A stretch of DNA of 63,504 nt, filler included, from Octopus bimaculoides (lineage: Eukaryota): the NCBI RefSeq assembly GCF_001194135.2. It is 6 parts of 6 records of this genome, joined end to end, with 100 filler letters (N's around TTAATTAATTAA, not from the genome) between each part and the next. Parts side by side here need not be neighbours in the genome. Positions count along the whole stretch, not along the records: positions 23,586 to 46,680 come from NC_069004.1; positions 46,781 to 53,103 come from NC_068983.1; 4 more parts are not named here. One strand, 5' to 3'. A program made the position numbers and the translations under genes. Under the pieces are notes generated by a model that saw nothing but the letters and a program-made list of their open reading frames with translations, was not told the origin of the DNA and did not search any database. Each line of letters begins with the position of its first letter. Position 1 is the stretch's first letter. This document shows, in pieces, positions 39,317 to 48,948 of the stretch.

Positions 39317-39505
39317 TTAGGTTGTCAAGAAAGCTCTTGCAGTTTTTAACCTTTAAATTCAGATGCACATATCTCGGCTCAAGCAAAACTTTATTAATCG
39401 AAATAAACACCATCAGAATCAACACACTTTTGCCAATGCGAAACAAGTTTATTTATGCCAGTAGCATAAAAATCCTGTGTTCTGGTGGCGATGAAGTCGT
39501 GTACC
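39317..39505 (-). mobile_element. 3' end of a mariner (DD34D-type) element
   Basis: TA|TTAGGTTGTCAAGAAAG terminus; minus strand reads FIATRTQDFYATGINKLVSHWQKCVDSDGVYFD*, a typical mariner C-terminus. Confidence 0.8.
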
Positions 39506-39724
39506 TGTGAAAGAAAGAAGAAAAGGATTACAGTTGAAAATCTAACTCACTTGATTGCTAGAGGTTGATTGGAATGGCATCTTGCATACACATCGAGATT
39601 GTGTGAGACTTGGTAATAGAAGAGGGTGTAAAAGCATCGCAAACCTGCTTGTTTCCTTCCAACTAGCTGAAAGGTACTGACTTGATTTCAAAAAAGCAAC
39701 AGGGATAACTGCTAATGGGTTAAG

Positions 39725-39928
39725 CATCGCCTGACTGGCCTTCGTGCGGGTGACACGTAAAAACACCCACTACACTCTCTGAGTGGTTGGCGTTAGGAAG
39801 GGCAACCAGCTGTAGAAACTCTCCCAGATCAGATTGGAGCCTGGTGTAGCCATCCGGTTCACCAGTCCTCAGTCAAATCGTCCAACCCATGCTAGCATGG
39901 AAAGCAGACGTTAAACGATGATGATGAT
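39725..39928 (+). mobile_element. RTE-LINE-like 3' UTR fragment with (GAT)n tail
   Basis: ...CCAACCCATGCTAGCATGGAAAGCAGACGTTAAACGATGATGATGAT; RTE assignment is from memory of octopus repeats. Confidence 0.65.
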
Positions 39929-40669
39929 CACTGAAAATTCTCCAAGTCTGGTTTTGTAAAGGATGCAAGAACTTTCCCCCCATGCCCACACATTGCACAG
40001 ACATTGGCATGGCTCCAGTTAACTTAGGCAGATGTGTATGTTGCCTTCATGTAGCTTTTTACACCTGTTTTTTGTTGTTTTTTTTCTGTGTCACCACCAT
40101 GATTTGGACAAGTACACACTGCATATTTGCTACTGAAATATGTGTGAAACTGCAAATAAATAAATGGACAGACAAACAAACCAACAGAGAGTAAAAGATG
40201 TGTGAATGCATACAGATGCAAAAGAAGCTGGAGAAAATACAACTCAAAGACCAAAGATAGAATATAATATAGTGTTTTATTGAAGCTGAAAAATTTTTAC
40301 TCCATGTTTCATGTAACCAATGATCAGAAAGAAGCAAACTTCTGGAAAAACACAATGTTTTATAAATGGCTATAAATGGTGCAGTGATAATAATTATTTG
40401 GTAAATAATCAGATAAAGAGTTGAAGCTGATTGAACAAGGAGTCAAAAGTAATGGAATATGTTGGATAATACAAGTGACTGTTTAGAAAAAATTTATAAA
40501 CATTAAAAATGAATTTAAAAAATTAACTCACAATACATTGGTTACTGGGAAATGGTTCTGATAAAATTCTGTGCTGCAATTTAAATGCTGAAGTGAATAC
40601 AACAGCCCCCCGCAAGCCCTCAAATGGCCTACAAACACCTTTCATGCTGCAATTGTATATATTTATTTA

Positions 40670-42640
40670 AGCAACAAAATTTCCCTTAACAAAATGATTC
40701 TGCATGCGTGTGTGTGCGTGTGAATAAGGGGTCACAAAGCAGCCTTCGCATAATAACCAAATCTCCTTCAAATCTTTATAGTAAGCCTAATGATTGAAAT
40801 AGATTTCAATATCTTAATTTTCTCATTAAGATCTTGCTTCTTTCATGACCCAGTAGGTAAGGGTGATCAGAAGTGGAAGCTTCAAGTTTCTGCCAGGAAT
40901 TACAAGGGACCTTATTAAATATTTTTTTAAGTAACCAATTTTCCCTCAACAAAAAGATTGTGTGTGTCTATGTGTGAAGAAGGGGCTACAAAGCAGCCTT
41001 GATATAGTAACCAAATCCCCCTCAAAATTTTTATAGTAAACCCAATAATTGAAATAAATTTAAATATTGTAATTATCTCTTTAAAGTTGTNNNNNNNNNN
41101 NNNNNNNNNNNNNNNNNNNNNNNNNNNNNNNNNNNNNNNNNNNNNNNNNNNNNNNNNNNNNNNNNNNNNNNNNNNNNNNNNNNNNNNNNNNNNNNNNNNN
41201 NNNNNNNNNNNNNNNNNNNNNNNNNNNNNNNNNNNNNNNNNNNNNNNNNNNNNNNNNNNNNNNNNNNNNNNNNNNNNNNNNNNNNNNNNNNNNNNNNNNN
41301 NNNNNNNNNNNNNNNNNNNNNNNNNNNNNNNNNNNNNNNNNNNNNNNNNNNNNNNNNNNNNNNNNNNNNNNNNNNNNNNNNNNNNNNNNNNNNNNNNNNN
41401 NNNNNNNNNNNNNNNNNNNNNNNNNNNNNNNNNNNNNNNNNNNNNNNNNNNNNNNNNNNNNNNNNNNNNNNNNNNNNNNNNNNNNNNNNNNNNNNNNNNN
41501 NNNNNNNNNNNNNNNNNNNNNNNNNNNNNNNNNNNNNNNNNNNNNNNNNNNNNNNNNNNNNNNNNNNNNNNNNNNNNNNNNNNNNNNNNNNNNNNNNNNN
41601 NNNNNNNNNNNNNNNNNNNNNNNNNNNNNNNNNNNNNNNNNNNNNNNNNNNNNNNNNNNNNNNNNNNNNNNNNNNNNNNNNNNNNNNNNNNNNNNNNNNN
41701 NNNNNNNNNNNNNNNNNNNNNNNNNNNNNNNNNNNNNNNNNNNNNNNNNNNNNNNNNNNNNNNNNNNNNNNNNNNNNNNNNNNNNNNNNNNNNNNNNNNN
41801 NNNNNNNNNNNNNNNNNNNNNNNNNNNNNNNNNNNNNNNAAGTGGAGGTTTCAAATCAATGCTAGAAATTACAAAAGACATTATTAAATATTTTGTGTGT
41901 GTGTGTGTGTGCAAAGAAAGGGCAAAAAGGCAGCCTTCACATAGTAACCAGATCTCCCTCATATATTTATAGTAAATGCAATATTTGAAGTAAATTTAAG
42001 TATCTTAATTTTCACATGAAAATTGTTGCTGCTTTGGTGGCCCAGTTGGTAAGGGTGTTTAAAAGTAGTAACAAGATACCAGCAGAGGTTTCTAATCTCT
42101 GCCAGGAATTACAGGGGGTCTTATTAAACATTTTCATTTTTTATCTCTAGAGATTAAAAAAAAAAATGAAAAATTTTAGTAAGACCCCCTTAATGCAGGC
42201 CCTGGGTAGGATTGAACCCTGCCCAGGATGTTGAATGTCTAATTGTGTCTCTACCCACGAGACCAACAACACACCCAACATTAATGTAGTAAATTAAGAG
42301 ATATTTAAATCTATCATAACTAAAGATAAAAAACAAAAACTATCTCATCACAGCTGTAGCTCAGTAATTAATCTCAAATTAGGGACCTGTTTAGATGCCT
42401 TTGCAGGTAAGGACATTGATTAGTAAGTAGAGATTTAATGCACTGGGAGAGGGTTTCAATCTGTAACTCTCCCAAGGAATTACAAGAGCAGTGGAGTGCG
42501 GGGAGTAAATATTTTATTTTAAAAAATTTCAAATTTTTATAAACACCAAGGATAGTGCTCCTGGAAGGGATTGAACCTTGCTCAGGCTGTGTAATACAGC
42601 GTGTGCAACTACCCACATGACAACAACACTAAAAGCAGGC
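40670..42640. repeat. ~254-bp tandem repeat ending in palindromic pairs of tRNA-like modules
   Basis: AAAGCAGCCTT anchors at 40736, 40990 and ~41927 (749-N gap between); palindrome 42035-42267 centred on ATCTCTAGAGAT (42143-42154); second looser pair ~42400-42640. Confidence 0.75.
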
Positions 42641-42879
42641 AAAACAGGAGCTATTTAAATTGATTTATATATCATATATTTTTTTTCTTTTACTACCATC
42701 AAGATCTGCTTCTGCGGTCAGATTCACCCAGGTTTGTGCCCACAGCTTCCTTGGTCACCGTTCTGACCTCCTACTCAACCGAGCATCTGAAAGATCTCTA
42801 TATAAATGGGAGTGTATGATTGTAAATTTGTCGCTGAAATGGTATTTCCTGAAGAAAAACAAATTTGATTTTTGAAATC

Positions 42880-43128
42880 TGTGGCTCATAATCAAGGGAT
42901 TGCAGGTTCGAATCTCAGAGCAGGCGATGTGTATGTTTATGATCAAAACACCTAAGCAGAAGGTAGGGGCAAACTTCTGCAGACTCTTTCACCACAACTT
43001 TCTCTCACTCTTTCCTCCTGCATCTAGCAGCTCACCTGTAACAGACTGGCGTCCTGTCTAGGTGGGGAAACTATACGCCAATGAAACCAGGCATGGCTCA
43101 AGAAAGAACAAACAACAATATAACAGCA
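42880..43128 (+). mobile_element. SINE related to family 3 (different tail)
   Basis: B-box GGTTCGAATCTC and CTCTTTCACCACAACTTTCTCTCACTC shared with family 3. Confidence 0.65.
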
Positions 43129-43374
43129 TTATGGTTTCTATTTTGTATGAATATGTTTCAGAACATTTCTATCCATACGAGAATGACTTACCACTGATAT
43201 TGGAGTGAAATGGTTTCTCACCTGTACAATCGTACCTGTGAGTAGTTAAGGTATTTCCATGAGAGAATAATTTACCACAGATATCGTAATTAAATTGATT
43301 CAACACTTGTGTGAATATGTTTGTTACTATCAAAGTGAAAACAAAAAGGAAAAAAGCTCTACTTCATGTCTTAA

Positions 43375-43595
43375 CCCTTTAGCATTTAAACCGGTCATAT
43401 CCGGCCAAAAGTATTCTGCCTATTCTATGTTCAAACTGGCCAGATCTGGTCTTTCACACCAACCCTACAATATCGTTTTAAAAATTAACAGCTACCTCAT
43501 CAAAATCTCATAGCTACGAGATAATGCATGATTAGTTCAAAACAATGTGGATAAAAAAGCATTAATTATGGCAGAATAATGTGAACACTAAAGGG
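43375..43595. mobile_element. piggyBac-like MITE
   Basis: TTAA|CCCTTTAG ... CTAAAGGG|TTAA (8-bp TIR, TTAA TSD); a related internal piece lies at ~32970-33160. Confidence 0.8.
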
Positions 43596-43804
43596 TTAAA
43601 CAGGTCATATGTATAGTTTGCTTTAGGGAATATGGTTTTTGTGGCTGGCTGCCCTACATATCACCATCAATTTCACAGTATATTGGATGTCTTTTACTTT
43701 GGAGCCAGCACTAGAGAGGCTGTCATGTTGCTGGCAACTTTAGAGTGCTGATGTATCTGTCCATTTGTCACTCACTTCACAAAGGACGTTTTTGAGTTGA
43801 TGAG

Positions 43805-46024
43805 TTATTTATTACAGATATCACTGTTATAAATTTTTTTTTTAGAACCAATACGTTTGTGTTTAGTTAAAGCACAACTATGAGAAAATGATTTGCCACA
43901 GATGTCACAGTGATATAGTTTTTTACCTGTATGAATGTATTTGTGACTACTTAAAGCAGTACTTAAGGAGAATGATATACCACATATATTACACTGATAT
44001 GGTTTTTCTCCTGTATGAATGTGGTTGTGCTTAGTTAGATTACAATTTTGGGAGAAAGATTTACCACAAATATCACACTTATAGGGTTTGTCTCCTGTAT
44101 GAATACGTCTATGAATTGTTAAATGAGTTGTTTGAGAAAATGATTTATCACACATCTCACAGTGATATGGTTTCTCACCTGTATGAGTACGACTATGAAC
44201 AGTTAAATAACCTGCCTCAGAGAAAGATTTACCGCAGATGTTACAATCATATGGTTTCTCTCCTGTATGAGTGTATTTATGTTTAGTTAAGAGATAATTC
44301 TTTAGGAACGATTTACCACAGATATTACAGTGGAAAGGCTTTACTCCTGTATGAACACGTTTATGAGAAGTTAATATATTTCTACTAGTGTATGATTTAC
44401 CACAGATATCACAGGGATGCAGCTTTTTTCCAGTATGAGTCAATTTATGTTCAGTTAAATCACCTGTTTCAGAGAATGGTTTACCACAGATATCACAGTG
44501 ATATGGCCTATCACCAGAATGAAGACGCGAATGCTTTGTTAGAGCCTGCTTGCTAGAGAGCGATTTCCCACAGACATCACAATGGAATGGTTTCTCTCCT
44601 TTGTGAGTTAGTTTATGATTTCTAAATTGATTATTTTGAGAGAATGATTTCCCGCAGATATCACATCGGTATGGCTTTTCTCCTGTGTGAATACATTTAT
44701 TAACAGTTAATGCATTTTTACTAGTGTATGATTTACCACAGATATCACAGGTATATGATTTCTCTTTTGTGTGAATACGTTTGCTGTGTATCGTCAAGTC
44801 AGTAGTTCCTGAGAATGATTTACCACAAATATCACAGTGATATAGTTTTTTCCCTGTATGAATACATTTGTGGCCAGTTACTTCACTTGCATAAGCAAAC
44901 GATTCACCACAGATATCACACTGATATGTTTTTTCTCCTGTGTGAATACGCTTGTGAACAGTTAATCCACTTCCATTAATGAATGATTTACCACAGATAT
45001 CGCAGCGATATGGTTTCTCTCCTGTATGTACCCGTCTCTTGTGTAGCGTTAATGTACTTGCTTGAGAGAATGATTTAGCACAGACGTCACATTGATATGG
45101 TTTTTCCCCTGTATGAACACGTTTATGGCCTCTTAATGCACTTCTATCTGTGAATGATTTACTGCAAATATCACACTGGTAAGGTTTCTCTCCTGTATGA
45201 ATGTATTTGTGCTTAATTAAAGTAGTTCTAGCAGCGAACGATTCACCACAGATATCACAGCGATAAGGTTTCTCTCCGGTATGAGTACGTCTGTGAGAAT
45301 GTAAATGAACTTTTTGAAAGAATGATTTTCCACAGAAATCACAGTGATACGACCTCTCTCCTGTATGAATGTATTTGTGTTTAGTTAAATTACCTTTTTC
45401 AGAGAATGATTCACCACAAATATTACACTCAAATGGCTTCTCACCTGTGTGAATACGAATGTGCCTAGTTAGGCCACTACTTCGAGAGAAGGACTTACCA
45501 CAGATATCACAGTGATATAGCATTTCACCTGTATGAGTACGTTTGTGATCATCTAAATGACTTCTGTTAGCGAATGTTCTACCACAGATATTACATTCAT
45601 AAGGTCTTTCTCCAGTATGGATACGTTTATGAGTAATTAAGATTTGTGATCTAGAGAATGCTTTACCACAGACATCNNNNNNNNNNNNNNNNNNNNNNNN
45701 NNNNNNNNNNNNNNNNNNNNNNNNNNNNNNNNNNNNNNNNNNNNNNNNNNNNNNNNNNNNNNNNNNNNNNNNNNNNNNNNNNNNNNNNNNNNNNNNNNNN
45801 NNNNNNNNNNNNNNNNNNNNNNNNNNNNNNNNNNNNNNNNNNNNNNNNNNNNNNNNNNNNNNNNNNNNNNNNNNNNNNNNNNNNNNNNNNNNNNNNNNNN
45901 NNNNNNNNNNNNNAATACGAATGTGCCTAGTTAGGCCACTACTTCGAGAGAAGGACTTACCACAGATATCACAGTGGTAGGAGGAGTCTCCTGTCTCTTT
46001 TGGAAATTCTTGAGGCAAATCCAT
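43805..46024 (-). CDS. ZNF-D: poly-C2H2 zinc-finger protein, at least 23 visible finger units (two with a lost His), 237-N gap after finger 1
   Basis: ORF track plus manual reading; acceptor ...ATCATTTCAG ending at 46324; true length depends on the gap. Confidence 0.9.
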   Translation of the reverse strand: MDLPQEFPKETGDSSYHCDICGKSFSRSSGLTRHIRIXXXXXXXXXXXXXXXXXXXXXXXXXXXXXXXXXXXXXXXXXXXXXXXXXXXXXXXXXXXXXXXXXXXXXXXXXXXXXXXDVCGKAFSRSQILITHKRIHTGERPYECNICGRTFANRSHLDDHKRTHTGEMLYHCDICGKSFSRSSGLTRHIRIHTGEKPFECNICGESFSEKGNLTKHKYIHTGERSYHCDFCGKSFFQKVHLHSHRRTHTGEKPYRCDICGESFAARTTLIKHKYIHTGEKPYQCDICSKSFTDRSALRGHKRVHTGEKPYQCDVCAKSFSQASTLTLHKRRVHTGEKPYRCDICGKSFINGSGLTVHKRIHTGEKTYQCDICGESFAYASEVTGHKCIHTGKKLYHCDICGKSFSGTTDLTIHSKRIHTKEKSYTCDICGKSYTSKNALTVNKCIHTGEKPYRCDICGKSFSQNNQFRNHKLTHKGEKPFHCDVCGKSLSSKQALTKHSRLHSGDRPYHCDICGKPFSETGDLTEHKLTHTGKKLHPCDICGKSYTSRNILTSHKRVHTGVKPFHCNICGKSFLKNYLLTKHKYTHTGEKPYDCNICGKSFSEAGYLTVHSRTHTGEKPYHCEMCDKSFSQTTHLTIHRRIHTGDKPYKCDICGKSFSQNCNLTKHNHIHTGEKPYQCNICGISFSLSTALSSHKYIHTGKKLYHCDICGKSFSHSCALTKHKRIGSKKKIYNSDICNK

Positions 46025-46680
46025 ACTTCTATAATTCTTTTATTCCCCACAACAATATATGTATATCTTTTAAAATCTTTATCTTCCTTCCTGGGTTGAT
46101 CAAAGCCTTTCCATGAACTGCAATATTTCCACCAACTTTTATCTCTGTTATCATCAGAAAAGGACTGCGATGTCTTTCTTTAATCTTAGCAAATTTAAGT
46201 GTAACTCAGTATCATCTTGTATATATTCCAGGCAATGATAGAGAGAAATGTTACTCAGTTTTCTGTGTAACCTTTTTCTTTAATTTTTTAAGGATTATAA
46301 ATAATGTCAATGTCTCAGATAGCCTGAAATGATAGAGAAATAGTTTAAGGTATTAAAAATGCAGAGATTCAACAGTGGAAATTTACAATTCTATATTGAT
46401 AAACCATAAACTTTTACCCCAACAAATAAACTTTACATTTTGCTTTACTATTTAAACTACATGATACAAAGTTGTGTGGAGTTTACTCATTTACAGTCTA
46501 CATCTACATCTTCAGAATAGTGATTGTGGATTATATCTGGACCAGTGTCTTTAGTTGTTGTACCTTCAGGCCTTACTCAGTCACAAATTTAGTAATGCTC
46601 TCAGCTCTTGGAATTCCATTATTTACATCAGGGATATTCTGCTCAACAGTTATTGTAGGTACAGGAGTGGCTGTATGGTA

Positions 46681-46780
46681 NNNNNNNNNNNNNNNNNNNN
46701 NNNNNNNNNNNNNNNNNNNNNNNNTTAATTAATTAANNNNNNNNNNNNNNNNNNNNNNNNNNNNNNNNNNNNNNNNNNNN
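46681..46780. other. Artificial scaffold-joining linker
   Basis: 44N-TTAATTAATTAA-44N. Confidence 0.95.
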
Positions 46781-47010
46781 GTTCAGGTGCAATAAAGACT
46801 GTAAACAAACAGGAAATAACTTCTATCTCATTCCAGGGTGAAAAACTAGAGGTAGTCGATAGCTTCCGCTATCTGGGCGACCAAGTTAGTAGTGGGGGTG
46901 GGTGCGCTGAAAGTGTAGCTGCTAGAATAAGAATAGCCTGGGCAAAGTTCAGAGAGCTCCTACCTCTGCTGGCGACAAAGGGCCTCTCACTCAGAGTGAA
47001 AGGCAGACTG
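46781..47010 (+). mobile_element. RTE-clade LINE ORF2 fragment (post-RT)
   Basis: Reads SGAIKTVNKQEITSISFQGEKLEVVDSFRYLGDQVSSGGGCAESVAARIRIAWAKFRELLPLLATKGLSLRVKGRL without a stop. Confidence 0.9.
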
Positions 47011-48480
47011 CAGAAGCTAACAACTGCTTCTAGTTTTTCCCTCTGGCATGTGATGGAATCTGTTTCTGTACATCTTCAATGCTTAGTGCTCCTGTGCATC
47101 TGCCACACACAAAAACTATCTTCCTGGTTAACCTTCCTTTGATATTGCTGCTCCTGTTATGGGTCCATAGCTTACACTGGGTATATCTTATGGAGTTTCT
47201 ACCTATGCCTTTTCCAGAGATCGAACAGGGCTCTCTACCTGAAGGAGTTCGTGATTTGTCTGTCTTTCCACTTACTAGGACTTTGGTTTTAGCTAGGTTG
47301 ACTCGAAGGCCCTTCAATTCTAGTCCTTGCTTCCACACCTGAAACTTCTCCTCTAGTTCTGATAGTGACTCCACAATTAGTGCAAGGTCATCAACATAGA
47401 GGAGCTCCCAGGGGCATCCTGTCTTGAATTCCACTGTTATTGCCTTGAGAACTATGATGAATAAGAGGGGGCTGAGAATTTACCCTTGTTGAGGACGGAT
47501 CCTTACTTTTCCACTTGGAATTCATAACTATACTCATTTCCAACCTCACCTTACTGACAGCATCCCTGTACAGGGCTTGTATGGCTCTTAGCAACCACTA
47601 ATCTATCCCTAGTTTCTGCATTAACCACCAGATAAGGGATCGGAGGACCCTGTCAAATGCTTTCTCCATGTCAATGAAAGCCAAGTACAGAGGTTTATCT
47701 TTGGTTAGATATTTCTCCTGCAGTTGCCTTACCAGAAATATAGCATCAGTGGTGCTTCTCCCTGGCACACAACCAAACTGCATCTCATCTAGGTTAGCAC
47801 TCTCCCTAATTAGTTGGGCTATGACCCTCTCTGTAACCTTTATTACCTGATCCAGCAATTTGATACCTCTGTAGTTATTTCTATCTTAAATATCACCTTT
47901 ACCTTTGTAGCAGTTGACTATGGTGCTGCTATACCAGTCATTGGGTATGACTCCTTTGTGAACTATCTGATTTAAGATACAGGTGACTAGACCATAACCC
48001 ACACCACCAGATATTTTAAGCATCACAGCAGTGATTCCTGATGGGTTTTCCCTGTCTTCATATCCTTAATTATTTTATCTACTAGGCTACTGTTGATTCG
48101 GGGTAGCTAGTCCCTCAATTGGGTCAACCTTTGGCAGATTCTCCTCCTCCCATTCATTCTCCACATTCAGCAGTCTTTCACAATGGCATCTCCAAGCCTC
48201 TTTCTTTGCAGAATCATTAAACAAAGTGCACCATCATCCATGCAGACACATTTTTCTCCTATGGCATCATAATTTTCTCTCAAACACTGTCTTGCAATCT
48301 GAAATACTTCAGTTCTTTGGTCCTCACATCGCTGAACATTGGCAAACTTCTTCTCCCTTGGTTATATATACCTGTCCTCTAGCTTCTGATTATCTGGTAC
48401 ACTTCCCTGCTAACTCCCACTCTTCCAGACCTTCCAGGCCTGTTTCTTTGCTCTAATGACCCTGTCTGCAGTATTGTTTC
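47011..48480 (-). mobile_element. Decayed RTE-clade LINE (linker plus reverse transcriptase)
   Basis: QFG.VPGRSTTDAIF.VRQLQEK, AFIDMEKAFDRV, LLYVDDL (YADD), KGLRVNLAKTK; multiple frameshifts. Confidence 0.93.
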
Positions 48481-48904
48481 ATCACATTACCATATAAAAT
48501 ATGCCCAGTTATCTCCCTTGCCTCAGTAAGATTTCTTCTCTTTCTCTTTTCTCTGAATTTTCAATTTTATCATGAGCCAGTACAACTATAAAGTACTCTT
48601 ACAATTCGTGTTTCATTTATTTAGATTAATATCTATCCTTATTTTAATTCAATCATCAAATATGAAAAATAATGGAAAAATTATTTGACAAAAGTCTTAA
48701 ATAAAATGAAAATTTTTTAATCAGGTAAAATTATAAGTTATTATATATTTGTTTTGCAAGATTTTTGATGTGAAATCGTGTGTTGAAACAGATGTTGTAT
48801 TTGGGGATGGTCATATTGCCAGTTTAGCCAATAAAAACACACGCACTGTATATTTGGTGTTAATTTGCTTCAGCTTTATATTACATTAATCTTAATCTTA
48901 TTTC

Positions 48905-48948
48905 GGCCAGAGTTCTTTCGTCACACTTCTGTGACCTCATCAGTGGTC
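48905..48948 (-). ncRNA. Minimal type I hammerhead ribozyme motif (mirror copy in the inverted repeat)
   Basis: Reverse complement of 50784-50827. Confidence 0.7.

Noticed and set aside
39505-39556. Minus-strand donor/acceptor pair feeding into the mariner fragment
   Set aside because: The implied intron is only ~46 bp and has no supporting context
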